A DNA stretch of 64,000 nucleotides from Bigelowiella natans CCMP2755. Taxonomy: Eukaryota; Protista; Cercozoa. A program made the translations under genes and the position numbers. The notes under the pieces were generated by a model that did not search any database, was not told where the DNA came from, and saw only the letters and a program-made list of their open reading frames with translations. This document shows positions 48,844 through 63,863 of this stretch, piece by piece (within the stretch, counting starts at the first letter, position 1; the number at the start of each line of letters is the position of its first letter). Where the stretch lies: NCBI GenBank assembly GCA_000320545.1, contig ADNK01002537.1:1-64000 (forward strand), read 5' to 3'.

Positions 48844-49816
48844 ATACGCGCGCTCATGCGAGAGTGTGTACCTTGCTGCTTCAGCATAGAAAGAGTCATC
48901 TTCAAGCCGTCCGTGATTAAATCCACCATCGTCTATTCAACCAAATTCGCATGGAGTTTAGGCTACTATCTACGCACTGTGAATAGGGATGCCGTGCTCG
49001 AGCCGGTGTGCAAATGTGATAGTCTCACCTCGGTCAATATGACGTATGTTCCATCGAAGTAGTCCCTCATAAGACCCCTATTCTCGGCCACGCTGAGTTC
49101 CCCGTCCTTTCCACAAACCGTCGAGAAATACGAACAATCTCAGCAATGGCAGTGACTTTGCTTTTCTCGCACCCAGAAAGAGTGAAATGTAAATTATTAC
49201 GATATGGTGATGATGCGGAGCACCTCCACCATAGACTGTATCATGCACTATTCTGGCGTTATATTGTTATTCACATATAGACTAAAATCGACATCAAAGT
49301 ACAAAAACTCTTTATTCACCCCATTTTTATCGTAAACGTCCCAAAGCTTTGTGAGGGTTTGCTTATGGAGCTGCCGAATGAAACAAACCAAAAATACGCA
49401 TCATCAGTAGATGAAATGAAAGGCGTCGTGCATCCTCTTTATGCTATGCACGCAAAAATATTTGGGAAATGGCAGAAAAGAACATAATCAGAAATCTGAT
49501 AAATACACTACTCTCCCTGTACCGAAAATTCTGACACCCTCTCAACCTCAAGCCGTAATGTATAAGTCGATAATAACTAAGGTGCAGCTCAGTATCCAAC
49601 AAATTCCTAACACATGTCCTAATTTCTATTTTCATCAAATCGTGTGGAAAGTACCTTTGTACGGCGCTGAAGAGAATCCTGCTTCAAAGCCTTAAAATAT
49701 TTAAAAATAAATAAATGATTTGAGGTTTGCTCTACTTACAAAGGCTGGGGCTTATTCTTTCAGCGGACAAACGTAAAACTTCAGATTTTCCGTAAGCACC
49801 ACACACACACACGTGC

Positions 49817-49865
<49 letters not shown>

Positions 49866-50170
49866 TTAGAGAAAGAGAAAGAAAAAGGGGGAGAGAAAGA
49901 GCGAATATGATTTTGCAAACATATGTATTTGCCGTGATCATCATCGCTTTTTGCAAGATAGATTTTAATAAAAACGTGTACAAAACAAACTCGAATACCT
50001 GCATGCCGCTTGAATCGCCCTTTTGAGCCTATATACGAAACAACAACGCGCAAAAGTGCATTGTTGGCCAATCTAAAATCAAATGCATAAGGATTGCAAC
50101 GGTCGCGCATATTACCCGCATCGCAGCGTCCATACACCTGATGTAAGGACCAAATAAGCACTTCTCCACA
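47748..50170 (-). CDS. EF-hand calcium-binding protein (two separated EF-hands; 5' end uncertain)
   Basis: Phase-consistent exons: LWDVYDKNG|DGELSVAENRGLMRDYFDGTYVILTE|TMVDLITDGLKMTLSMLKQQ|GLSHEALDDMFEEK|VPLIQEHVPKILVK|TLQAFDNAAAFDEVLKGMDTNSDGK|VDKDEFLSKFMES. Both loops fit DxNxDGxxxxxE. Confidence 0.75.
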
Positions 50171-50531
50171 CACAACGAATACGAAATACGAACTGCGTTC
50201 TATAGGACGTCAGGACTCAACGGACGTCAGGACTCAACGCGAATGGAAGGATTTTGCACGTTATGAAATGCTTTAAACTTTGTATTGACAAATATTCAAT
50301 CGTTACGTAAAAGTTGATGGAATGCTCAAGCATATAGCCGAAAACATCGCCATATACACGAAATTCGAAGACGAGACTACACACGCTTTGATCATAACAT
50401 TCATAGACAACAATTTAACTTAGGATTCGTATGCGTGTCAAATTTTTGTCACGTTAAACCTTTGTCGGAACTTTGGATCTTTCATCAGTTTTGTGTCCGC
50501 CTCGACTCCCTATCGAAAGCCATATCCAAAA

Positions 50532-50566
<35 letters not shown>

Positions 50567-52368
50567 CAAGGACATCCCAAGCCTGATCGTTTCAAAGTAT
50601 CGTGATGGCTCGTCAGTAATTGTCATTTATAAAAATTCGTGTTCATTTTGACTATGTAGAATGCACTTGAATGTTAAATTGCCGGTAGGTAGAGTCTACC
50701 TCTCGTAGTAGATCCTTTACGACACGCGCACCTTCGGTTTCTTTGTCAATAGGCATAATGAACGGTTCGCTGACAGTCTTGGTTCTACGTCAATATGCAC
50801 GGAGAATAATTATCAGGATGTATCACCTATTTCTTAAGTTCTTTGATTGCATGCAATTTCTTTATTCGAAAAGTAATAGTGGCAAACCACAGCAGTAGTA
50901 TTCTCAGCCAACGAGACAATCACGGAAGAGCAGAAGGGAAGATAGCGTATCGCCCAGTTAATATATTCGTTCGCTTTGCATGTGCTCAAACCTTTTCATT
51001 TTTTGAGCTGAGCTCGCCATCGACTGCTGGGATTCCTTTGCATCTACCGGGTTAAAACTTCGTTAGCTTCGCTTATACACGTGTTGGCATTCGGACAGAG
51101 CACGTTGAAACCTATACGGTTTGAAGTGGAATTCGAAAACGCGGCCGAATGATATACACCTACCTGGTTTTTCTCCATTGGAAGGTGGCGGAGGAGGGTT
51201 ACTTGCTCCACACCCCATTGCTGTTGGGAGACGGGACAAACCAGCGATGACTCAACAAGGGATGCAGCGTGTTTTCAATCATGAATATAAAATAATATCT
51301 ATACTACTTCTTCACGGATGACACTACGAAATCTGGTCTCTCCCCCCCCCCCCCCCCCTCCCTTTCCGCATTGGCGAGAGCACACAAGCGTTACGTTGGA
51401 TTCGCGTTCAGTTTTGCCAAACCTTGTTGCATCTAATAAGCTTACTAATGCAGAGAAATATTATTGTCGTAGTATCAATATCGCCACTGAAAGGATATAA
51501 ACCAAGCCGAAACCGGAGAATATGAATAATCGGGATTATTGCCCAAATTGGTTTTAAGTTTTTTTATCGATTTAGAACACATGTCGCACTTAAAACATTC
51601 ATGGCATTTGTAACCTTTTTATAAAAGTCTTGGGAATGTACGATGTTTTGGGGTTAAAGTTTCGAACTAGATCTAGAGTCAAATGCATTTTTCCGCTTGT
51701 TCTTGAAAATGCTAGAAAATAAACATACCCAACAAAGACACCATAAATATCTAGTCAGAATGGCCAAAAAGTTTTGAATCTTATAAATGTTGTTTCAAAT
51801 GTTGTTTGATCTTATTTAAATGTCTCTTTATAATCGGAAAAAGATCTAGAATTTTTAGCCCAAATACTTGAACTGACAGCTCCTGCACAACCAATTATCC
51901 GATCACTTTCTCTGCCCGGCCCCTCCACCCAGTGATGGCATCGATGGGAGAGTACGCTGGGTAGCACATGGACAAACAAAGATATGGAAGCAAAGAAAGA
52001 TAATTCAAATGACCTGGTAGTGTATATTTGAAGACGGGAAAATATGATAGAAAACACAGTCTTTTACATAGATGTATCATCGATGATCAGTGGCTTCAAT
52101 GATAAAATCAGCACCGAGTTCCCTTGTATTAGCTTATAGATCATTCTTTTCCTGATTTACCATAGTTTTGACCCCCCCCGCCTCACCCCCCGTCGCTTCG
52201 GCTTTTTCGCTCTTTCAAGCGCTTAGTCTTATCACAATATTGAGAATAGAGGCCACGCTTGATTTCCCCCACACATCTTACTTTTGAACGAAGCCTGAGT
52301 GCAGAATTGGCGGGCGAATTTAGCTACAGGAGCGATGCAATCACTCTCGATGTATTTTACAATATACA

Positions 52369-53070
52369 GAGAAATGCTCGGTTAAGTAATGATGACGGGA
52401 ATGCAAAGCGTAACGCTGACGGGGACGAAAGCTGCACACCGAGCACGCCAGGAGGGCAATCTCCGAAAAGCACCTCCACACAGACGATCTTCTTCTATCT
52501 CTATCGTGTGTTCTCCATTGATGCACGCGCTCTGGCTGTATTTCGAATGGGTAGGTGGTCAGTGCTGCAGAACAAGCAACTTCTGAGTCGTATGCCAACA
52601 CCGTAGGTCTAGCGCTCGTGGTCATGGTAGACGTCATCGAGAGGTCGCGCGTTTTTACTTTGCAGTTTGTACATAAGGAGAGAATACTTTACTTGGGTTG
52701 GTTGTGCGTTGAGCTGAAGTGCTTCTCCCCTAATCACATAGATCTTGGTGGATAGAGGAATTCATGTCAGAATCTGGTAGGCCACCGGAGGAGGAGCAGG
52801 AAAGGGGGGGGGGGAGGGGGTGTGGGTTGCGCGAATTGATACAATTTGAAGGATGAGGTTATACCAGAATATAGGAAAAGAAAGTCTAATTTTTTTAGTA
52901 CTTAAAAATATTAAATACGTTGCGATTTCGTTGTTGTAGGGCTGTTGTCAAGACTATTGGTCCTCTCCGAGCAAACGAATGATGAAGCATGGTAGTAGTA
53001 GTTATAATTGCGTGATCTATAGAATTTAATGGAGAAGGAGACGACAAACACACAAAGAAGAAGAGGAGAA

Positions 53071-53122
<52 letters not shown>

Positions 53123-53947
53123 GAGATACCCGCGAGAGTCTGTGTACAAAACATCTCTCTCTCCCATTTTCTCTCTCTCTCTCTCTCCACGTATATTATT
53201 TATCTTAGTTAAATGCGTAGACTCGTGCACGTAGGCGAATCCATATGCTACATGGCAGCATCGTTGATTTTTACCAAATAAAAACAGGTTTTGGAGCACG
53301 TATTTGATGTCAGACAAACTGCCGTTTCAATGGGCGCTGCTCACGATGCACTTCATCTCTGGTAATAGCCCCGTAAGTGCCATAATCTGTCGTAGTAAGT
53401 TAGGGTGATGACCTAGGGAGCGTGGTGATATCGTGCTCACGACACTCAGTATCATTTTGTCCTTCCTCTCTCCCAATATACTCAGCGTGTTGTATGTTTC
53501 TGGGTTATCATACACAAAAGGCTTGCTTCTTGTCATGGTAATACCGTGGTGTATAATGTGCATCATCGAGCTATATATAAATACCGATGCAGTGAATTTC
53601 CCCACTCTCGCCTGATATTATGAAGAAGAAACACGTTTTCGTGATAACCGCCCACTCATCCCACTCATTGTATCTTTTCCGATTTTGGAACTATTTTTCT
53701 CTCTATTTTTTTTGCTCTGTTATCCTCATTTTCCGGTCTTTTTACATAGCGTGCGTGCGCGCGCGCTTGCCGTACTTGATACGGTGTGATGGTGTGCAGA
53801 GCTGGTGGTAGCATAGACCGATTAAATAAATAACTTATAAATAATATATATATATATATATATATATTATATTTATATTTATATATAAATGATAGCGTAA
53901 CAGGATATTATTATTACACACACACACAAACACACACACACACACAC

Positions 53948-53988
<41 letters not shown>

Positions 53989-56468
53989 TACATAATACCT
54001 CAGGATATTCACCTCATCGATTCAAGCAAGGACTATTGTCTTGCAGCAAGGTGTGCCCAGATGGAGAACCAACGAGGAAACAGATAGAGAAAGCGTGAGG
54101 GAGAAAAAGAGAGACAGAGAGAAACAGCTTTGTGTTTGTTTGAATACGATCATTTATCATTCTCTCTCTCTCTCCCTCCCTCTCTCTTCCTCTCATTCTC
54201 CTCTTATATATCCCTCTTTTTTGGCTTGACAATGGCGCGTCTTATAGGCTGCGACGGAGTGATTCGGTTGATGCTTTTCTGGTCTCTTTTCATCCCGCTG
54301 GGAGCTCGCTACTCTCTCGATACCTTCCGCGCCAAGACTTCCTACCGAGATCTGCCAGATTTGCATTGTGAAAAACGGCGGCTATCGATTGGAACTGCAG
54401 CAATCATGCTGCAAGTACCTCATACACACACCCACATCCCCCCCACAAAAACCGTTTTGGATGTATGTTTGTGTTTTCGCACGTGTATTCGAGAAGCAGT
54501 TGTGTATCTGTTGTAGTATGATGTGTTGGTGATCAAGGCTATGGTTGCTCTCCCTCTTTCGCTCTTTCTTTATTTTGAATACAGGGCTTGTGTGTGTTTG
54601 TGTGTGTGTGTGTGTGTGTATATCTATTTGACAGCTGGCGATGATCTACCTATCAACCGGCTTGCACAAGGCAAAAGATAGGTTTTATGCACGCAATGAT
54701 ATATCTGTCACGATTTGGGAGCTGATATAATGATGTTGTTTCTTTGCATCGCTGCTGTTTCCTCTGGTTATACTCTTCTCATCTTTCTATGAATGCTTTT
54801 ATTTCTTCTGTTCTCCCCCGATTTTCTATTCATCGTGAATGTTCCTTAGCTGGTGGGTCCAAGAAAACACCGCAACACAAATGTAATCACGGTAGCTAGA
54901 ACTGCATTAAAGTCCGTCTTGTATGTTTGCTCAAGGAATATCGCCTCTTCGTTTTTCAAACCTGCGCCGGCCCTGCTGCGTTCGGTTGCGATGTGCGTGT
55001 GTGCGCGCGCACGCTCGTGCCCCTGTGCAGGGATGACACCTTGAGAAATTACTCAGCACGGAGCTTCCTCCCACATTCTTACGTTTGTTTTGTATCTCTC
55101 CGTGCTCAATGGAAAAAGAAAAGACTTGAGCGCACTTCGCTGGATTCCTCAGGTTTTTCTTTCTGGATATGTTTGCTTCAAAATGGGGTCGGCTCGTGGC
55201 TCAAACGGACCTCTTACCACCGAACGTCATTGAAATCGCCCATATCGTCGTATATTGGGGTGAGAAAGCAAGTGGACAACTTGTGAAGTTCTTCAATTAG
55301 TTATCGCTAGTAGAGCACCATCAATAATATGTAATCATTAGGATATCCTCTCGTGGTCTTTACTAACGCCCCCCCCCTTCCCGCACCCCCCAACAGGATG
55401 TGAAAGGATATTTCCAATACTAGTATTTTCACCGATATTAACGGAAGGAATTCGTATCGTCGCTGTCACGGGATATCTATCATTTCATTTGTCTCTCTTC
55501 GTCTTTTCAGAGGTGATCCATTGTTGCGTAATGCACCATCATCAGCAATTCGAGGCAGTAATGAAAATTCCATTTGCGCACTCATTTCACTCCATCGAAG
55601 AATACCCATGCGTCGTTACATGTTTCATGTGTTGCGCATATTTATTTTTCACTGTTTCTCTCAGCTCGGTCTTTTCCCCATCATCTGCATGGTGTCTTGG
55701 ACTTTATTTCTGCCGTCTAGCGTATTCGATTCGTACGATCAGTTTGCGGGATATATCGCGAAGAAATTGCCAGAAATCGCAGCAGAGGCCACTTTATTCG
55801 TCCTAGCAGCAGCGGTGATGGATTTAACGAAGTGTGTTGTATGTGCATCTCAGCCATTGAATGGATGGGCAGTTTGATGAGACGTCGTTTGGAACATGAA
55901 ATTACTTTTTTAACCAATGAAGGCTATATTTGGTTGTTTTACGAGCAAATGCCAGACGCATCTTTGGGTACTCACAAAGAATATTGAGAATGGAACATGT
56001 GCGACACGAACGAAATGACAGTAGTATTTACAAAACTACGTGACTTTCCTGATTTCGTGGACCTACATTAACGGATTTCCGCATTTGGTGTTTTGTCTGC
56101 AGACTTGTTTCATTTCGTTTGTTTGTTTCTCTTAAATCTAGCTCCTTCCTCTCTTTGCGCCCTCCCTCGTCGTCTTTGGAAACTTCCTTAGTGGTACGTC
56201 AATTGAAACCTACGAGCGCAAACGCACATGCTCATACCCAAGTATACTGAGTAAATATTGATATGGTTGTGAGACATGTTGCCTCTATCGAAATGTACTC
56301 ACTGCAAACTGTTATTCTATGTGTTCATAGAAAAGAGTTACCGACAAGCCAACACAACTAGTGGCATTGGTAGTAACATCTACCCTCCTCCTCATACCCC
56401 CAGCTCTCCCTCTCCTTTCCATCCCTCTACTCTCTCTCCCTCTCTCTCTCTCTCTCTCTATGTCTGTA

Positions 56469-56502
<34 letters not shown>

Positions 56503-58164
56503 CGCGCGCACGCGCGCGTGTGTGTGCATCAATATATTCACGAGCATACTGCATCAGGCCTTGTGCGTTACTTAAAAGAGAAATCATCGAAAATTAAGCT
56601 TCCTACTTCAGACTCCCAATTATTTGCCAGCGACTATGAGGTCAATAGCTGCCCTAATTCTGATAATGTGCATGAATCCGCGTGCACGCTGTTGTATTCT
56701 GACTCTCAGCATATGAGAACTTGTGCTTGATGCGTAGATACTTCTGTATGTGGCGGAGCAGGGTTGCGCGTTTATGTTCCTATTCCTTTGCGTCCTTTGG
56801 GTACGTAACACCTGACCGAACTTCGCAAAAAACACGTTAGCGTGCATCTTTGTGGCATGAAATGCCGATGCAAGTGAATGTCAGAACTAAGTTTTTGCCA
56901 GCGATCGATAGAGTTGAGTGGCGTGATTATGCCTATATTTTTTACATCTTGACTGCTGTCATCTCTCGAGAAAGCGCTGCTAGACACGAGCATGCCGTTA
57001 GATTTACCCTCACACGAATACATAACTAAATAATTATAGGTAAGTTCAGATCATGGAGGAAGCGCGATGCGTGGATGTGAGATTTTGCAATGAATAACAC
57101 ATGTGCACTGAAATCAAAGAAGCCAATTGGAATTTTTACTACTTTTCCGGCGGCTCCTTTTGTAATGATTTTTGCCAGGGATACGCGGGTTCCATTGCTC
57201 GATGCGCTTAGAGCAGTATTGGGCAATGTTTGATGGCGATAGTTTCCAGGTTTTGCATGCTTTCGAACCTCTGAATTACATGATATAATCAACTAACTTG
57301 CTGAAGTTCCTAGGGTGGGAAGTAGTTTTCTCTTGCTGTAGATATGCAATTCATGGTATGTTTGCAATTTCAGAGCGACATGTGGCCAGCCGTTATCGGG
57401 GAGTATGATGTAATCTCTTTGACTTCCTAACACAAGAAATATATTCCGCGTCTGTGCGTGTGCCCTAGATTACTTTCAAGAGAACTCAAAAGAATAATAT
57501 CGTTGGAATATATGCAGGATGGGTCTAAGATAGAACTTTTCCAGTCAATGATAACAAATCGAGGCCTTACATCACCAATAGGTCAGTCGGCCAAATAGAA
57601 ATTTTGTGCTTCGGAAAATCGCATAGTAAATCAAATAATGAAGTAGAATATGTGTGAAATATGTATTCTGATGGTTTGCATGTATCTTCAATCTCTAGAA
57701 GATATCGGTGGTTGGGCAGGAGCTTTTCTCGCTTTGAAAAGTATGGAATTGCATTTGCATTGAACTGTGTAACTACTCGTTGCTTTTTTGTGATTGTAGC
57801 CAACATGAACGTATTCAGATACTTGTGTCCATTTTCCATTTTAAAACCAACCTGCGATTGAATCGCTATGCGTTTTTTGTTCTGTCATTATTTTCTTTCA
57901 GCGACGGAGGAACTACAAAAGCAGCTTATTGTGAAACCAGAAGTATTATAAGAATGCTTTAGCACTTGAAAAACATTACGATATATATACACGATATTCA
58001 AGATGATATGTTACATATTATCTCACATTGTTCTGTGTATCTGTGTCTACATGTGAGTGTGTGCGTTTGCATGTGTTTGTGTGTAGTATGATATATTGGA
58101 ATCTATAATATCCGCATTAAGCGTGCTTTTGAATTGATATATATTGGAAATTTTAAATCTGTTG

Positions 58165-58204
<40 letters not shown>

Positions 58205-58803
58205 CATTATTTCTTCCTGGTATCCAATGTGGAGATGGAGGAAATACACACATCGGGTTTGTTGTGCCTATGGTTGCGGCGTGTGTTTATTTGCGTGATA
58301 TAACTGGTGCTCAAAATGTAAATTCCGGTGAATTACGTTGTTTTCCCACAAAGACATTCGGCATTAGTTTTAACAAATTGCGCGTGTTGTGTAAAAAATA
58401 ATTCCTTTCATCATGTTCTAATCAATTTCTGCCTCTTCCTTTCTCTTTTTCCAGACATTCTCAAAGCCATCCATACCACATTTGAAGGCATTTGGAAATT
58501 GGGTATATTTTTACATTTAAAGAAATAGTAGTACGGCAATGATGAATTCTTCCTCTCAATCAAAATGATTTATTTGAAACTCACCAATATAACTATCACA
58601 ATAAAGGGTTTGATACGTGCATTTCCTTCAAAATACAATTCCATCTAAGATTAAATTGATGATGGTAATCGCTAAATCCTTAATGCAATTAGATATGCAC
58701 TCAAGCGCGACTGAATGGCCTTTGGAAGAAAGGATCAAAGGACCCCAAACTTCTACCAGAGAACTATCTCAAAGATGTGACACTCTATCAAATTAAGGAA
58801 AAG
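52369..58803 (+). CDS. HTTM-domain membrane protein (bacterial-type; superfamily of vitamin K-dependent gamma-carboxylase); ends uncertain
   Basis: Exons encode FSIDARALAVFRMG|LALVVMVDVIER, CDGVIRLMLFWSLFIPLGARYSLD, SIGTAAIMLQ|LAMIYLSTGLHK, LGLFPIICMVSWTLFLPSSVFD, MRLEQYWAMF (~57200), SSWYPMWRWRKY (~58210) and FGNW|ICTQARLN. These follow the motif order of bacterial HTTM proteins. Confidence 0.8.
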
Positions 58804-58937
58804 GTCAACCAATAGCAGAAAGTATTGACACGAATATAAAGACATTGTTCGACCCAGCTGCTAGCATCCATGAATACAAAATATAGACTATTTTTCGTTG
58901 GTATATTTATTGTAAGTTATCTATAGTAAATTTGTAG

Positions 58938-59396
58938 AGATTCTTCAGCCAAATGCAAACTCGACGCGCTAGAACATTCCAAATCACATGTCCCTTTAGT
59001 ATACCTTTAGAATAGTTTACGAATTGCGTATGCGATTGACACAATTGTTGTCAGTTGGCATGCGAGCTGGGGTCAACAGTAGCATCAAAAGACTCCATCT
59101 TCAATCGCAGCACAACTCCCCCGAACGCTGCATTTTTGTGGTTTGATTCACCCAAATGCCGTGATTTGAGTCCGCTACATGCAAAATCCCTCTTGAAGGT
59201 AGCAATCAGTTGGATTTTAGTAAAATAATTATCTTTTTCCAACTAAATATTGTCACATAGCGCATGATAAGTGCATAACAATTGGATTCACACGCACACA
59301 CACATGGCAATACATGTAGTACCTTCTAAATGAAAATATGATTCTATATACATATATTGTACTTGTGTATATTGAAACACACACAATATGTTTATA

Positions 59397-59438
<42 letters not shown>

Positions 59439-60641
59439 AAAAATATTATATCAAAGGTGGAATGCTCCCGTGGTACCGGATTTAATCCGGAAATCGAAGG
59501 TCATCTCCCCAACATTCTAAATATATTAGACGCATACACATGAATTATGGAAGTCTCGGTAAATATCTTTTGACATGTTTTTTTTGCGCACATTTATACA
59601 CATCCGTACAAACGCACGCTTGTAAAAGAAGTCAGTCAAATGCTAGAAACAACAAATAATTGATGGCATTTCAGGCGTCACGCGAACTAGCACTTGCGAG
59701 CCAGATGTAATGACAGATTTCGTCAGGGGTATAAATCGTCGTATTACGTGAATAGAGAGAGGAATGTGCCCTCGTGCATGAAGTACGGAAAAGGGAAACA
59801 TGCTTATATTTATTAAAATAATCGTGCAAAAAATGAAGGCGTATTATATTTCATAATTGTATATTGTTCTGTGTATTGAACAATATTTTAAAATTTAAAC
59901 CTAACGTTTACTACAACCTCTTTAAAATCATCATTTGAATGTTAGAAGCATAGCTTAAACATCTTGGTCTGAGTGTTGAGTGGCAATTATTCTCTATTTT
60001 TCCTGAGATGGGCAAATTGTTGCAATTTTAATAAATTGGTTCAGGCGAATGGCAGAAGTATCTTAAGGTCTTTGGCTTTAATAAAACTATGCGTACTTCG
60101 TTAAAGGATGCCCCTATCTAATATTTTGAATAGATATTTACAAAGTGTTTCTAAAGTAAACCACATGAATAAATTTGATATGTGTGTTTCATCCGTACGT
60201 AAGTTCAATGTGTTTGTGTTGCTTGTTTGCTTGTGCGTGTGTGCGTGTCTGCTTTGTTTTAGGCTCGAGAACCAAAGGCGCTCGCAATCACACGTAGTTG
60301 TGCAGGCTGCTACTTTTATTACGGTAGAATTGCTGATGTCTGTTCTGTTGACGAGATAATATTAGTTATAATGTTTACAATAACACACCCATCAACCCCC
60401 ATAGTGCACAAGCATAGATAAGCATAGATACTCATACAAAATATTATGAATTTATGGATAAATGTATGTGTTCCTAAGTGCTATTGTGTACAATCTTCTT
60501 GCAGGATCAAGCTCAGCTAGAAGAGCTGCACAAGACGCAATAAATCGCTGTAACAAGGAGCTTGGAGAGTGCGACTTGTACGCCGTCAATTCCGAGAGAT
60601 ACCGAGGCTATGCTATGAAGGTGGATGAAGAGAACATGTAA
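58938..60641 (+). CDS. Spliced Cys-containing module; possibly the C-terminus of the HTTM gene
   Basis: Phase-consistent exons: ...SHVPL|LACELG...SLLK|VECSRGTGFNPEIE|GVTRTSTCEPDVMTDFVR|GEWQKYLK|AREPKALAITRSCAGCYFYY|GSSSARRAAQDAINRCNKELGECDLYAVNSERYRGYAMKVDEENM*. Stop 60639-60641. Confidence 0.6.
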
Positions 60642-60721
60642 AATGAGACCCCGAATAAAAAGGGCAGTGGGCATATTGCATATGCGCGTATCCGTGTAAA
60701 TGAATGCATTTACACTCACAC

Positions 60722-60764
<43 letters not shown>

Positions 60765-60779
60765 AACATGTGTGATTTT

Positions 60780-61750
60780 GCGTCATCGGAGAGATTCACA
60801 GTCCCCAGAGCCGGAGAATTTTGCTAACAAAATTTTGTTTCGTCGATGATGGTGTTGGGAGGCGCACTGTAGTTTCAGCTTCTGGAGATGAATGCTTTGC
60901 AGCAGCGGCATTGAAATGAAATCACACTCATCCCTCTTTCGTTTCCTCATAAACGATGCACACAACATCAGGAGGCTTCAAAAGAGCGCAGCTGAATGGC
61001 ATCCTACTCAGCTGTGTGAAGCAGCAGATTCGCATCCTGAACCAGCTCAAACATCGTGGACGCGATCTTTGCAGCGTCTCACATTGGAATCATTGAATCA
61101 TCCAACGCTAGAATGCCTTGCACATGAGTGATGAGCAGCTACAGACCTGGAGACCCACATTTGCGCAAGTGCACAACCTTCGGTGATGAGACGCATGAAT
61201 CAAGCATGCAGGAAGTTTTGGGAATTGCAATGAAATTCGCGATGTGTTCATTCTGTGGATCTGCAAATTGCAACTCTTGGGTGAGCGTGTCTTGCAGCGC
61301 ACGCGTGTGCAAGCAAGTGAACACCTGCACGCGTTTCACTCATTTCGTTCCCATTTGACAGTTTTGTTGGCGTTCGTGTGACTTCGGTTGCACAGCTAGA
61401 CAAGGTTGTGTTCGTTGCAACGCGTGCGCTGTCGACAACAACTGAAAGCATCTAGCTTGCTCATTGCATTCACATTGCGTGCCACGCTAGCACTAGAGCA
61501 CGTTGCGCGCATCCTTCTGGCTTCTGGCCACAACGTGCTGATGGCGTTTCTTTTCAGCTGCTGTTCCGTCCAAGCGTGCACGGAGGAAAATGCAGCCCAT
61601 TAGGAGGGGTTTTGTGAATCCCATTTTGCTTCTGCGACAAGAGTGTAGGTTTTGTCGGCCGTTGCAAATCCACGCCGTCATGTGATGAACTGCACGTGCG
61701 ACGCAAGATCACACGATCCAGGGTCCAAAAATCTATGCAATGTTGTGGCC
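60780..61750. other. TpA-depleted island 6
   Basis: 61143-61599 contains only four TA, all in CTAG. Confidence 0.8.
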
Positions 61751-62504
61751 GTAATCAAGTGATGAATGCGTGCTTGCAATGTTTGCAACGACCTTTCGTG
61801 GTCGATGTCATGCGCCATTCACTTTCGAATTCGCTTTAATAAGATGATGATGAATTTGCAATTGCAACTCTGCAGATTCGAGACTGTCATGAAAAGGTTT
61901 TTGAATGAAAATGCAATTTTAGAATGTCCATGAGGCTTCGAAGAAAGAACGCTGAAAGCAAAACTCGAAAGACTATTCACGTGTCTGGAAACTTGATTAC
62001 AGGCTTTGACATAGAAACAGTAATCTAATGGCATGTGAGATGCATTTGTTTGCATTTATTGCGTTTTTTTTCTACTCTATTGTAATCAGCAAACTTTATC
62101 AATCAGTAGCATGGAATGTGTTCTTTAACATCAGAAATATGAACCTTCGATTGAAGAAGTAGAGGAGCAAAAGCTTTCGTGCTGGGATACATATAAGTTC
62201 ATAGTTTTGAGTTTATTCTGGGCGTTTCTCGGCTTACTCTACCTAGGTCACGGTTTTGAAATAAATTGAAGAGTCTATGTTTTGTCTCATGGCATTTTGT
62301 TTAAAATTAGATTATTTCCGATTTCACTTGCTAGAGAAGCTGTTTAAAGACTATATGGACCAAAAGCATCACCAAATGATCTTAAACATTAGTGTTGAGA
62401 TCTATTACGTAAAAGTTACTTGCTGTATCTGCTGGTACTAGTCTTTTCACGTTTATGCATAGACGCATAGTAATTCACCCGTTAATCAGCGCATGATGTA
62501 ACAG

Positions 62505-63863
62505 GTTTATTGCTGCATTTATTGTTCATCATTGCAACTGGAATCTCTCAGCAAGAAGAGCCTTGTATCACAAATGTGAGGATATTAAAAAACGACACAG
62601 GTACATAAATGATAGTTATCGTTCTGTTTATACATCAAGATCACATAGAAATTTGATAGTGCTATTCTAGATTCTGTTTCAGACTCGAATAAATTGAACA
62701 AAGGCTTCAAAGTGAAAGTACTCAGTTTATCTGCAGTCATCTCTCGCATTTTAATTTAACTAAACAAGCTAAATCATGTTATTTCAGAGACGTCAGTTGT
62801 TAGAAAAATTTAGACGGTTGAGTCATACAAAGGATTTACTCCAAGGCACAACCTCAAAGCTAGAATTTCGAATAAAGAATGTTGAAGAAGTTAAAAAAAT
62901 CATGATTGAGCAACTTCATGGTATGATTCGCATATTAACTGATCGTATGAATCTGGCTGACGATTCACGAAATTTGAGGGGGCTTCAAATTGGAGAAGAT
63001 GTAAGACCAAAATTAAAATCTCTCCACTACATTTAAACTTAATTTAATACAAATTCATCCTAGTATGATCTACTCTGTGAGGATTGGATAAGACGGGCAA
63101 GAGAGTGCTATGAAGAGATAAATTCAAGGTTAGAGCAAAATACAGGGAGCAAAGATATCCAGAAGCAGTGCATTGTTGATTTGCGGAATCTTTTGTTTAA
63201 ACGAATCCCATCACTACGCACAGAAGGAGTCAAGTTGACTGTCTCGGTAAAATATTACATTAGTTTTATGTTGCTTCTAAATGCAAAACGTTGCTGCAGG
63301 ATTTTTCTTCAGCTAAAGATCAAAGATTTTTGAATCGAAGCAAACTTCTTGCTCTAGTCAAAGAGAAGGTCGACAACTACGCCGCCCAGCAAGTGGCAAG
63401 AGCTCAGGATTTAATTGAGGAGAAGAAGGCGAAAGAAGAGGTTTATTTTTGGATTTTCGGTCATTAATTTTCTGGTTACCATCAATGGATATGTATGTTC
63501 CATAAGGCAATGATAAAAGAGATAAAACGAGTTCTGTCTAAAGCTGAGTCGCACAACTGGTTTGATATAATGTCATATTTCGTTGGCAAAACAGAGATCC
63601 CATCTGACATTAAAAGTGCTACTGGTGATCTAGTCATGACTATTCGTAGTGATCCTCCAATAGAATCTGCACATTCTATTCCTACTCAAGGATCAACGAA
63701 TTCAAGTGTTAGAAGCAGCACTGCCGGCATAGCAAGTTGGATACTCGGCGTTGTCAGCCCTGTATTTGGTTCTAGATCATCGAACGCAAGTTCGAATCAC
63801 AGGCGAATGAGTTCGTCAGGATATGGATCATTTGAGCATGTACCGCAGGACCGAGACGAATGA
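62505..63863 (+). CDS. Hypothetical helical protein (short introns; start uncertain)
   Basis: Phase-consistent exons: LLLHLLFIIATGISQQ...|DSVSDSNK...|RRQLLEKF...QIGED|YDLLCEDW...|DFSSAKDQ...AKEE|AMIKEIKRV...DRDE*. No recognisable family. Confidence 0.6.

Noticed and set aside
50205-50238. 17-bp direct repeat ggacgtcaggactcaac x2
   Set aside because: Simple local duplication with no element between the copies.
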